The notes under the pieces: generated by a model
Databases searched by the model: none
Told to the model about the DNA's origin: nothing
What the model saw: only the letters and a program-made list of their open reading frames with translations
Source of the DNA: Nitrososphaerales archaeon
Lineage (GTDB): Archaea; Thermoproteota; Nitrososphaeria; Nitrososphaerales; JANXEG01
DNA length: 49,058 nt
Assembly (NCBI GenBank): GCA_025058425.1
Contig: JANXEG010000001.1
Coordinates: 1-49,058, forward strand
Reading direction: 5' to 3'
Translations under genes and position numbers: made by a program
Shown: one piece after another, positions 27,559 to 36,686 of the stretch
How the letters are laid out: every line of letters starts with the position of its first letter
Position numbering within the stretch: position 1 is the stretch's first letter

Positions 27559-28615
27559 AGAGATCATCGTTCAGATCGATGATAATGTTGAAGACCCTTC
27601 AACCTTTATCAAATCATGTATTAACGAAGGTATAAGGCTCTTCATATGTGATCCACGAAGGGTAAAGGTAGAGAGGCCGAATCTTTCATTTATTCATAAT
27701 TCGGAGTTTGCGGATATAATCCTGATCGATAGGATTGAAGATATTGAAAGGGCAAGATCGTTAAAGAAACCTTTCCTATTTTCGATAAGGATCGATAGTA
27801 AAGAAGATGTGAAGGTTGCGATAGATGTAGCAAAGAGTGGTGCTTATGCAACGTTGGTCGAGACTAGTGATTGGAGGATCATACCATTAGAAAATTTAGT
27901 GGCCGAATTTCAAAAGCTTCAAAGTAAATTATACACACGAGCATCCGATCTTAACGAACTTAAGACCCTATTTGGAGTGTTGGAGAAGGGTGTGGATGGA
28001 GTAGTACTTGTAGCAAAGGGTATCGATGAGGTGAAAAGGGCAAGATCGGTCCTTTCACCACTCAACACTATCGAATTAAAGTTGGCCAAGGTTATCGATG
28101 TGAGAGATGTTGGCATGGGCGATAGAGCATGTATCGATACCACTTCTATACTCAGCTTCGGTGATGGTCTGCTCGTGGGTAATCGATCGAACTTCTTTTT
28201 CTTGATTCATAATGAATCGATAGGTTCGGAGTTTACATCACCGAGACCATTCCGGGTAAATGCAGGGGCGATTCACAGCTACGTTCAACTCCCCGATGAT
28301 AAGACCAAGTATCTATCTGAAGTAGAGTCTGGTGATGAAGTACTCATCGTGAATCGAGATGGTTCACAGAAGAGGGTTACCGTGGGAAGGGTGAAGATTG
28401 AACGAAGGCCCCTCATACTCGTAAAGGCCGAGTGTGATGGTGAAGTCGGCTCTGTAATCGTACAAAATGCAGAGACGATCAGATTTGTAGGTCGTGATGG
28501 TAAACTTCTCGCCGTAACGAGCTTAAAAAGAGGGGATGAAGTTTTGGTCCATAAATCTAACAAAGCCGGTAGGCACTTCGGTCTGAGTGTAGAAGAGTTT
28601 CTGTTGGAGAAATGA
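27542..28615 (+). CDS. aroB': 3-dehydroquinate synthase II (archaeal type)
   Basis: 357 aa. The overall pattern (WRIIPLENLVA; VGMGDRACIDT; FRVNAGAIHSY) matches my memory of the archaeal DHQS-II family. Operon context supports the call. Confidence 0.8.
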   Translation: MSRRSKEIIVQIDDNVEDPSTFIKSCINEGIRLFICDPRRVKVERPNLSFIHNSEFADIILIDRIEDIERARSLKKPFLFSIRIDSKEDVKVAIDVAKSGAYATLVETSDWRIIPLENLVAEFQKLQSKLYTRASDLNELKTLFGVLEKGVDGVVLVAKGIDEVKRARSVLSPLNTIELKLAKVIDVRDVGMGDRACIDTTSILSFGDGLLVGNRSNFFFLIHNESIGSEFTSPRPFRVNAGAIHSYVQLPDDKTKYLSEVESGDEVLIVNRDGSQKRVTVGRVKIERRPLILVKAECDGEVGSVIVQNAETIRFVGRDGKLLAVTSLKRGDEVLVHKSNKAGRHFGLSVEEFLLEK

Positions 28616-29307
28616 AGGCCAAATCATTTAGAAGGCCCAAAATCTGTACGACGGTCTTCTCCAGAGATTTGAATAGTTTGAAAGCATCTATTTTGAGGGC
28701 CCTTGAGTTAGGGAGCGATCTGGTAGAGATAAGGTTCGATTTTATGGATCATATCGATACAAAGATGGTGCATAATTCTTTGAATGGGTTTATCGATAGG
28801 TGTATATTCACTATGCGTTGTAAGGATGAAGGGGGTTACTTCGATGGTGATGAGAAAGGGCGATTGAAGATTTTATGGGAGCTCAGCCTACTCAAACCCG
28901 CCTATGTAGATCTGGAGCTCTCGAGTATTAAACGGAAGGATGAGTATTCACTTCACATCCTCAATGGAAATGTGGATGTAATCGTCTCGTGGCACGACTT
29001 TAACAGGACTCCCTCCACAGATGAACTCTTACATGTACTTCAGGAGGCTAGTCTATATTCAGATTACATCAAGATAGTCACCATGGCATCGAACTTTTCT
29101 GATAATGTTAAAATTCTCTCACTCTACAATCGAGTAAGAGAAGAGAAGTTGATCGCCTTCTGTATGGGTGAAGAGGGTATCATTTCTAGAATTCTATGCC
29201 CATACCTAGGTAGCCCTTTTACGTACGCCAGCCTTGATACACCAATAGTAGCAGGACAGCCAAAACTTAACGATCTATTAGATTTATATGAGATACTCGA
29301 GAATTGA
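28612..29307 (+). CDS. aroD: 3-dehydroquinate dehydratase, type I
   Basis: 231 aa. Type I DHQase layout: PKICTTV start, DLVEIRFD, and KIV (putative Schiff-base Lys) near YIKIVTMA. ATGA overlap with aroB'. Confidence 0.8.
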   Translation: MKAKSFRRPKICTTVFSRDLNSLKASILRALELGSDLVEIRFDFMDHIDTKMVHNSLNGFIDRCIFTMRCKDEGGYFDGDEKGRLKILWELSLLKPAYVDLELSSIKRKDEYSLHILNGNVDVIVSWHDFNRTPSTDELLHVLQEASLYSDYIKIVTMASNFSDNVKILSLYNRVREEKLIAFCMGEEGIISRILCPYLGSPFTYASLDTPIVAGQPKLNDLLDLYEILEN

Positions 29308-30178
29308 TTCATCGACACGCCTAATATGTGTTATAGGCGATCCTATCGAGCATTCTCTCTCACCGATCATGCATAATGAAGCATTTAAAGCGAAGGGCTT
29401 AAATTACGTCTACCTAGCCTTCAATGTAAAGCCAGAAGGCCTTCAAAGGGCCATCGAGGGTTTCAAGGCCATCAATATAAGAGGTTTCAATGTGACGATA
29501 CCACACAAAGTCAGTATCATACCTTACATCGATTCACTCGATGAGACAGCTCTAGATGCAGGTGCGGTAAATACCGTCGTGAATGATGATGGGAAGCTTA
29601 TAGGCTATAATACCGATGTGAGAGGTTTTATAGAGCCTTTAAGGAAGAGAATTTCAAATATTTCGAATATCCGAGATATGAAGGTGATCATCATCGGTTC
29701 GGGTGGTGCTGCGAGGGCCTGTATCTCTGCTCTGATCCGTGAAGGTTGTAAAGATATTACCATACTGGCAAGGACGATGAGCAAGGCTGAAGCACTCAAC
29801 GATCATATTTATAAGAGGACACGTGTTAAATGCTCCATTCTACCATTGGAGTATGAGAAGATTTCTGGGATCATCAGTGGTGCGGATATCATTGTGAATA
29901 CTACACCGATCGGTATGTACCCAAAGGTGGATGAAAGCCCCCTTCCTCCACATATGATAAAGCCGAGTATGATCGTATACGATATAGTTTACAATCCATT
30001 GAAGACGAAGCTCATTAGAGATGCCGAATCGATCGGTGCGGCTACAGTACTTGGTTATGAGATGTTTGTAGAGCAGGGTGCTGCTTCTTTTCGGTTGTGG
30101 ACTGGTGTAGAACCTCCAAAGGATATAATGGTAAAAGTCGTGATGAATGAATTGGGAGGGTATAAGGTTGAGAGGTAA
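29288..30178 (+). CDS. aroE: shikimate dehydrogenase
   Basis: 296 aa with VIGDPIEHSLSPIMHN, FNVTIPHK, NTD and GSGGAARA motifs. Confidence 0.9.
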   Translation: MRYSRIDSSTRLICVIGDPIEHSLSPIMHNEAFKAKGLNYVYLAFNVKPEGLQRAIEGFKAINIRGFNVTIPHKVSIIPYIDSLDETALDAGAVNTVVNDDGKLIGYNTDVRGFIEPLRKRISNISNIRDMKVIIIGSGGAARACISALIREGCKDITILARTMSKAEALNDHIYKRTRVKCSILPLEYEKISGIISGADIIVNTTPIGMYPKVDESPLPPHMIKPSMIVYDIVYNPLKTKLIRDAESIGAATVLGYEMFVEQGAASFRLWTGVEPPKDIMVKVVMNELGGYKVER

Positions 30179-31031
30179 AGGCATAGCACATGGAGCGATT
30201 TCGATCGTGAATGCGATAGCATCGGGGAAGGGTGGGGCTTTAGGAATAAGGCTAAAGGTAGAGGTCGATGTCGAACTCTTTGAAGGCAGGGGAATCTCGG
30301 TAAAGATCTTAGATGCCGATGGTGAAAACCCAAATTTGGTCAAGAAATGTGTAGAGAAGGTCTTACAAAAATTTTCTATAAATCACCTCGGTGCTAGAGT
30401 AATTACAAAATCTGAGATCCCGATCGCAAAGGGTCTGAAGAGTTCAAGTGCTATATCGAATGCGACCGTCCTCGCTACATGTGCTGCGTTGGGTAAAGAT
30501 CTCGATGATCTCGATTTAATAAGATTGGGTGTAGATGCTTCGATAGAAGCTGGAGTGAGTATCACGGGCGCTTTCGATGATGCGAGTGCTAGCTACTTTG
30601 GTGGTTTCGTCTTAACGGAGAATTATTCAAGGCGCATTATAAAGCTCGAACCATCCCCAGAGCATCTACAGGTAGTGATCTACGTCCCTGAAATGAAGCT
30701 CTATACGAAGGATGTGAATAGATCGAATCTGGAGAAGTTAAGCCATCTGGTCGATGAGGTCTTTAAGTTGGCTGAGAAGGGCGAATACTGGAAGGCCCTC
30801 ACTTTAAATGGCCTTATTTATTCTGCTGCACTGGGCTTCTCCCCACAGCCTGCCATAGATGCATTGATGAATGGTGCTTTAGCAGCCGGTCTATCGGGCA
30901 AGGGTCCGGCGATCGCAGCCGTATGTGAAGAAGGTACTGCTGAAATCGTCGCTTCATCTTGGTCCAAGTTGCAGGGCAAAGTAATAAAAACTACGGTGAA
31001 CAATAGTAAAGCGTACGGGGTTCGAATTTGA
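30168..31031 (+). CDS. aroK: shikimate kinase, archaeal GHMP-kinase type
   Basis: GHMP-fold loop (PIAKGLKSSSAISNA). The N-terminus (M)RGKGIAHGAISIVNAIASGKG fits archaeal shikimate kinases if TTG 30168 is the start, with GGGAGGG 8 nt upstream. The track ORF starts at ATG 30147. Confidence 0.8.
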   Translation: MRGKGIAHGAISIVNAIASGKGGALGIRLKVEVDVELFEGRGISVKILDADGENPNLVKKCVEKVLQKFSINHLGARVITKSEIPIAKGLKSSSAISNATVLATCAALGKDLDDLDLIRLGVDASIEAGVSITGAFDDASASYFGGFVLTENYSRRIIKLEPSPEHLQVVIYVPEMKLYTKDVNRSNLEKLSHLVDEVFKLAEKGEYWKALTLNGLIYSAALGFSPQPAIDALMNGALAAGLSGKGPAIAAVCEEGTAEIVASSWSKLQGKVIKTTVNNSKAYGVRI

Positions 31032-32320
31032 GCAGAGTGCGAGTCTTTCGATCTGAGCTTTCAGGGACTATAATAGCACCACCGAGCAAGAGCTATACAC
31101 ATAGGGCTCTGATCCTCTCGATGCTTTCAGATGGCAGATCCGTAATCACCAACCCGCTCTACTCTCAAGATACCTGCGCCACCATCAATGCATGTAAAAG
31201 CCTCGGTGCAGAGATCTTCGAAGAAGGAGAAAGAGTGGTGGTAAAGGGTAGATCTATCCTTAATCCACCAGACGATATCATCAATGTAGAGAATTCGGGC
31301 ACTACTTTGAGGATCATTACAGCCGTTTCTTCATTAACATCGAGTGGATATACGGTGATTACGGGTGATGCCAGCATTCGAAGGCGCCCGATGCAGCCAC
31401 TTCTCGATGCGTTGAATCAACTGGGTGTGGAGTGCTGGTCTTCAAGGTTGAACGGCCTGCCACCTATCATAGTGAAGGGTGGTGGTATGCAGGGTGGTTA
31501 TGCGGAGGTTAGGGGTGATGTATCATCCCAATTCATTTCGGCCCTTCTTATATCATCGCCGAAAGCGAAGAAAGAGACATTTATCAGGGTCACAGGTAAG
31601 CGCGTTTCACAACCTTACGTTAAAGCGACATTGGAGATGATCAGGCGTTACGGTGGTAGAGTCATCGAAGAGGGTGATAGTTATCGCATCCCACCAAATC
31701 AAGAATACGCTCCATACGACTTTAGAGTCCCGGGTGACTTTAGCTCCATCTCATTTATACTTGCTGCAGGTGCTCTCTCTGGTGGTAGAGTGGTCGTAGA
31801 GGGCCTCGATTTTTCACTACCACAGGCAGATATGAAGATCATCGATATTCTCAAGCGTATGGGTGCAAATATCGATGCTGATGAGCAACGTGGCTATGTG
31901 GTCATCGAAGGAGGGGAGCTTATAGGTGGAGAATTCGACCTCTCCGATTCACCCGACCTTCTGCCAGTAGTCGCGATCCTTGGATTGAAGGCAAAAGGTG
32001 GTGTGAGAGTGCATAGTGTAGCACATGCGAGGTTCAAAGAGAGTGATCGCATCGCCAACCTCGCCTTAGAGCTCACGAAGTTGGGTGTGAATGTGAAGGA
32101 GCTTCCCGATGGATTGATAATAGAAGAGAGTAGAGATTTGAAGTTTGCGATTCTCGATGCGCATGGAGACCATAGGTTATTTATGGCATTCTGCATCGCC
32201 GGTTTAACTTCACAGAATGGTTGTATAGTGGATGGTGCCGAGACTGTAAGTGTTTCCTACCCAAATTTTATTAAAGATATAACGTCATTAAATGGTAGGT
32301 TAGAGGTCATTAACGATTGA
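31028..32320 (+). CDS. aroA: 3-phosphoshikimate 1-carboxyvinyltransferase (EPSP synthase)
   Basis: 430 aa with PPSKSYTHRALIL, NSGTTLR and RPMQPLLDAL blocks. TTG start in a TTGA overlap with the aroK stop. Confidence 0.9.
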   Translation: MSRVRVFRSELSGTIIAPPSKSYTHRALILSMLSDGRSVITNPLYSQDTCATINACKSLGAEIFEEGERVVVKGRSILNPPDDIINVENSGTTLRIITAVSSLTSSGYTVITGDASIRRRPMQPLLDALNQLGVECWSSRLNGLPPIIVKGGGMQGGYAEVRGDVSSQFISALLISSPKAKKETFIRVTGKRVSQPYVKATLEMIRRYGGRVIEEGDSYRIPPNQEYAPYDFRVPGDFSSISFILAAGALSGGRVVVEGLDFSLPQADMKIIDILKRMGANIDADEQRGYVVIEGGELIGGEFDLSDSPDLLPVVAILGLKAKGGVRVHSVAHARFKESDRIANLALELTKLGVNVKELPDGLIIEESRDLKFAILDAHGDHRLFMAFCIAGLTSQNGCIVDGAETVSVSYPNFIKDITSLNGRLEVIND

Positions 32321-33423
32321 CGGGTAATATTCTGGGAGAGCGTTTTGTAATCGTCACTTTTGGTGAAAGCCATGGTAAGTGTATAGGTGTAGTGATCGAT
32401 GGGTGCCCAGCTGGGCTACCTTTGAGTGAAAATGATGTACAGGAGGAATTGGATTTAAGAAAGCCCGGCCTATCCTCGATTACAACAGCTCGTAGAGAAG
32501 AGGATAAGGTGGAGATACTTTCGGGTGTATTCAATGGATTCACGACGGGTGCACCGATCTGCATGATCGTCTGGAATAGGGATGTGGATTCAAAGCCTTA
32601 CGACATTATCGCAAAGACCCCGAGGCCTGGGCGTGAGGACCTTCCAGCCTACGTGAAGTACGGTGGGTTCAACGATTACCGAGGTGGTGGTAGATTTTCG
32701 GGTAGAGTTACTGCAAGCTTTGTGATGGCTGGCGCTGTGGCCAAAAAGCTACTCAACTATACTCTGGGTTTAGAGATAGTAGCCTATACGATAGAGATCG
32801 GTGGTATAAAAGCGGGTAGGATCGATTTTGATGAAGCGCGCAGATTAAGATACTCGAATGAAGTGAGGTGCCCGGATCTAACGGTAGCTTCACGGATGAA
32901 GGATAGGATACTGGAGGCTCAAAGGGCCAACGATAGTGTAGGAGGGATTATTGAATGTGTAGTAAATAATGTGCCCATCGGCCTCGGTGAACCCATCTTT
33001 TCATCCTTAGATTCAGAACTCAGTAAAGCTCTATTCTCCATACCGGGTGTAAAGGGTGTGGAGTTCGGTATCGGTTTCGATGCTGCGAGAAGGTTGGGTT
33101 CAGAGAATAACGATCCCTATAGGATAGTCGATGGAAGGATCGTTGCAATCACGAACAATGCGGGAGGAGTTTTAGGTGGTATGAGCAATGGTATGCCGAT
33201 CGTCTTTAGAGTCGCATTCAAGCCGACCCCATCGATATCTAAACCACAAAGGACGGTAGATTTAGAGAGGATGGAAGAGGTGGAGATTACAATATCTGGA
33301 AGGCACGATCCTTGTATAGTGCCAAGGGCCGTTCCGGTCGTTGAGGGTATAACGGGCATAGTCTTGGCAGATCAGGCTTTGAGGTCTGGATTCATACCCA
33401 ACGTACTCCCCCGTAGATCTTAG
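32317..33423 (+). CDS. aroC: chorismate synthase
   Basis: 368 aa with TFGESHG, RPGREDL (an RPGHAD-type motif) and GRHDPC motifs. TTG start in a TTGA overlap with the aroA stop. Confidence 0.92.
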   Translation: MTGNILGERFVIVTFGESHGKCIGVVIDGCPAGLPLSENDVQEELDLRKPGLSSITTARREEDKVEILSGVFNGFTTGAPICMIVWNRDVDSKPYDIIAKTPRPGREDLPAYVKYGGFNDYRGGGRFSGRVTASFVMAGAVAKKLLNYTLGLEIVAYTIEIGGIKAGRIDFDEARRLRYSNEVRCPDLTVASRMKDRILEAQRANDSVGGIIECVVNNVPIGLGEPIFSSLDSELSKALFSIPGVKGVEFGIGFDAARRLGSENNDPYRIVDGRIVAITNNAGGVLGGMSNGMPIVFRVAFKPTPSISKPQRTVDLERMEEVEITISGRHDPCIVPRAVPVVEGITGIVLADQALRSGFIPNVLPRRS

Positions 33424-33433
33424 TGTTTAGTAT

Positions 33434-34798
33434 ATGAACCAAGGATTGAGCTCTCTAAGGGAGGAAATGGCAAGGGTCACCCTACAAATATTCGATCTAG
33501 TATCGAAGAGGCTATCCATCGCAAGGTCGATCGGTAATATTAAGCTTGAGAAGGGGCTCGATATCGAGGATAGATCTGTCGAGGCAAGGTTAAGGGGTTT
33601 GGTCCTCGATGAGTGTGAACGCCTTGGTATAGATCGACGGTTCGGCTCACACCTCCTCAGCCTCTTGATAAAGGAATCTGTACGTATGCAGACACAAGAT
33701 CTACCACGACGTATCGATACCTTTCAGAGGGCAAAGTATTTGGAATCTCAAGGAATGAAGGTTATACACCTTGAGTTGGAGGGTCCGAATCTTTTAACTC
33801 CACAATCGATAGAGGATTTATGTAATGCTTTAAAGTCATTCCATTCGAGCTACACGGAGGCTGGTGGGTTATACGAGTTAAGAGAAGCGATCGCCCATTA
33901 CATAAATGAATCTTTCAAAGTGGATATATCGGCAAGAAATGTAATCGTCACATTAAATCGTAGATACACGATCTTCCTCGCTACCTATTCGCACGTTACG
34001 ATCGGTGATGAAATAATTTTATTCCAACCATCTTACTTGGCTTATCAACCATGGAGTGAAGTTATGGGTGTAAGAGTTATCAAAATTCCTACATACCTTA
34101 AGGATGGTTGGTCTCCCAACCTCGATCATCTTAATGAAGCTATCAACGATTCTACTTCCATGATCCTCATCCATAATCCGAATAACCCTACTGGAAAGGT
34201 CATCGACTCAAATACATTGAAAGCTATCGTCGATTTAGCCCATGATAACGATCTACCTATTCTAAGTGATGAATCTTACTCACATTATACGTTTACAGAT
34301 TTTCAGAGTATTTTACAGTTTTCAAATTGTAAATCGATGGTGGTAAAATCGTTTCCAATCGATCTGATGGGCCTTGAATTATGTTATGTGATATCCGATC
34401 AGAAGACGATCGAAAGAATGATCACGTTGCAAGATTCTATACTAGCATATATGCCAGAATTCATCCAACGTATCGCCCTCAAGATGATCGATCTTAAACC
34501 TTATACTATGAAGGATCTTGAGATTATTTTGAGAAGGAGAGATGCTGCCGTTAAGGCGCTGCTCAGATTACCCTTCGATTTCAGAAGGCCCGATGGAGGC
34601 ATATTCATCTTCGCCAAGGCTAGGATTAACGATTTTGATGGTGAAAGGTTCACGAACGATCTATTGGAAAAGAAGGGCGTAGCGGTAATGCCAGGGGTAG
34701 CATTTGGCAATTACCGTGACCACATAAGAATATCCCTATGCCAACCGGAGAATATCATTCTAGAGGGTATTGAAAGGATGGGTGAGTTAATCTCTTGA
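33434..34798 (+). CDS. fusion protein: AroQ-type chorismate mutase (about residues 1-90) plus class I/II aminotransferase-like domain
   Basis: N-terminus: LSSLREEMARVTLQIFDLVSKRLSIARSIGNIK...EDRSVEARL...IKESVRMQ, an AroQ CM pattern. C-terminal domain: NPNNPTGKV, SDESYSHY and HIRISL aminotransferase blocks. The SxSK/GxRxG region reads VVKSFPIDLMGLELCY, which is atypical. Confidence 0.75.
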   Translation: MNQGLSSLREEMARVTLQIFDLVSKRLSIARSIGNIKLEKGLDIEDRSVEARLRGLVLDECERLGIDRRFGSHLLSLLIKESVRMQTQDLPRRIDTFQRAKYLESQGMKVIHLELEGPNLLTPQSIEDLCNALKSFHSSYTEAGGLYELREAIAHYINESFKVDISARNVIVTLNRRYTIFLATYSHVTIGDEIILFQPSYLAYQPWSEVMGVRVIKIPTYLKDGWSPNLDHLNEAINDSTSMILIHNPNNPTGKVIDSNTLKAIVDLAHDNDLPILSDESYSHYTFTDFQSILQFSNCKSMVVKSFPIDLMGLELCYVISDQKTIERMITLQDSILAYMPEFIQRIALKMIDLKPYTMKDLEIILRRRDAAVKALLRLPFDFRRPDGGIFIFAKARINDFDGERFTNDLLEKKGVAVMPGVAFGNYRDHIRISLCQPENIILEGIERMGELIS

Positions 34799-35658
34799 AG
34801 GTTGCTGTAATCGGTGCGGCGGGTAAGATGGGCCTGTTATTTACAGAGTACTTTGTTAAAGAAGGGCATTCACTCATACTTTACGACGTAAAGACTCTTG
34901 AAGTTAAGAAGGTTGCAGATAGATTTTCTGTAAATTTTGCGAGGAGTCTGGATGAGGCTTTAAAGGATATCGATGTGATCTGTGTCTCTGTACCGATCGA
35001 AACCACACCGAAAGTTCTACAAGAGACTTCAAGATTCTTAAAGAAAGGTATGGTAGTGATGGAAATCGCCTCATTCAAGTGTGGCGTAGTAGAGGTTTTG
35101 AAGAGGATCGCCGATTTAGGGGTAACGACTCTATCGATACACCCACTATTTGGGCCGGGGGCTAAAGACCTACGAGGGAAGGTGATGGCACTCATCCCCA
35201 TCCTTGATGAAGCGAATGAAATCGCCACGTTTCAAAGGATCTTCCCTACGGTAAAGATGGTGAAGTTAGAAGCTGAAGAGCACGATTACCTTATGGCGAT
35301 CATACTCTCCCTCACTTACTTTACCAATATAGTATTCTCATCAACGATTATGGATAAAAACCCATCCACACTTCGAAGGATGTCTGGCACAAACTTTAAA
35401 ATCCAATTGACACTGATGGAAGCCATAACGAGTGAAGATCCCGATCTGATTTTATCACTCATGAAGGAGAATAAATTCGCACTAGATTGTATAAGCAAAT
35501 TTATAGAGAATGCGAAGAGTATCTATCAAATGCTCTATTCGAACGATACCTCAAAATTCAAGAGTTTGATAGGAGAAGTAAAAGCGAAGTTGATGAGTGA
35601 TGAGCGTTATAGCCAATCTTATCAAGATATCTATCGAATCTTAGACCTTTTGAATTAA
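34795..35658 (+). CDS. tyrA: prephenate dehydrogenase
   Basis: 287 aa with (M)KVAVIGAAGKMG Rossmann N-terminus and the HPLFGP motif. TTG start in a TTGA overlap with the preceding stop. Confidence 0.85.
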   Translation: MKVAVIGAAGKMGLLFTEYFVKEGHSLILYDVKTLEVKKVADRFSVNFARSLDEALKDIDVICVSVPIETTPKVLQETSRFLKKGMVVMEIASFKCGVVEVLKRIADLGVTTLSIHPLFGPGAKDLRGKVMALIPILDEANEIATFQRIFPTVKMVKLEAEEHDYLMAIILSLTYFTNIVFSSTIMDKNPSTLRRMSGTNFKIQLTLMEAITSEDPDLILSLMKENKFALDCISKFIENAKSIYQMLYSNDTSKFKSLIGEVKAKLMSDERYSQSYQDIYRILDLLN

Positions 35659-35673
35659 ATCACACATTTGGTA

Positions 35674-35961
35674 TTAAAGCCTCAATCCAAAGGATTGCGC
35701 GAACTCTTCAAAACGTGAGTAAACTTCAAGAAATTCACGCCCACGATCACTGATTCTATACCTACTCGTTTTATCCCCTATAACCTCCTCCATCAGGCCC
35801 GATTTTACAAGCTCTTTCAGTATCTTCATCAACCTTGAATAGGATAGGTTCGCTTTTCTCAAAAGGATAGTTACCCCAACCCCTTCATTATTGTTATCAT
35901 AATCTCTAGCCGTTGTGAGGATATCTGCTATGATCTTTATCTGGGTTCGGTAAGTGACCAA
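35674..35961 (-). CDS. small winged-helix DNA-binding protein (COG3432-like archaeal regulator)
   Basis: 95 aa. IKIIADILTTA...GVGVTILLRKANLSYSRLMKILKELVKSGLMEEV....RYRISDRGREFLEVY matches the archaeal wHTH family common in TACK archaea. Confidence 0.65.
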   Translation of the reverse strand: MVTYRTQIKIIADILTTARDYDNNNEGVGVTILLRKANLSYSRLMKILKELVKSGLMEEVIGDKTSRYRISDRGREFLEVYSRFEEFAQSFGLRL

Positions 35962-35962
35962 T

Positions 35963-36586
35963 CTATAAGCCTCCTCCCTTCTTTAATGAGAATTTTACAA
36001 CGGGTGTGTAGAATGTGGATAATCCACCCACCTTCATAAGTATCGATATGAGGAGTACGATGGTCAATTCGGGGTAGAGGAGGCTGATCCAACGTATCAA
36101 TTCGCCACACGCGATCAACGCCAAACCTATCGCTATAATCAGCGTTATACGCTTCTTAACCATCCTGTATGATATGATAGTCTCCGCGATCGTATAGAAG
36201 AGGAAGTATAGTGAGAGTGATTTTATCGCAGCCGTCACCACAATGACGGGCATAGTAATAGAAGGCAATCCTACTCTATACATCATCCTTACATCTACGA
36301 TGTGGGAGAATGCTAAGAAGAAATAGCCCACCATCTCAAGTGCAGCAGCTATAGTGATTAAGATACCAGCCAAAGGTACGATGTGAGGTATTATACCGAC
36401 TAAGCCCGATATGCTCGAGATTACGAATCCTACGCTGAGAAATGTGAAGGCTAAGGTGAGCCTTAATAGGGTCGGGCTGTGTGTAGTTATATAGCCTCGA
36501 TGTGCAATCCTAGCTACCGAATAACCTATGTATGCACCCACTACCTGAAGAATACTCTCAAGCGGGATTAGACCTATCCAGCCCAT
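35963..36586 (-). CDS. integral membrane protein, unknown function
   Basis: 207 aa with about six hydrophobic helices by eye. The stop codon lies 1 nt from the start of the wHTH gene, implying co-transcription. Confidence 0.5.
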   Translation of the reverse strand: MGWIGLIPLESILQVVGAYIGYSVARIAHRGYITTHSPTLLRLTLAFTFLSVGFVISSISGLVGIIPHIVPLAGILITIAAALEMVGYFFLAFSHIVDVRMMYRVGLPSITMPVIVVTAAIKSLSLYFLFYTIAETIISYRMVKKRITLIIAIGLALIACGELIRWISLLYPELTIVLLISILMKVGGLSTFYTPVVKFSLKKGGGL

Positions 36587-36686
36587 CGATCAAGATAATA
36601 AGATGATATTCATATTATTAAATCATTCTGCAGAAATATATTGATGACAACTTTGCCAATCTTTCAATCTTATTTATCATTATTTA

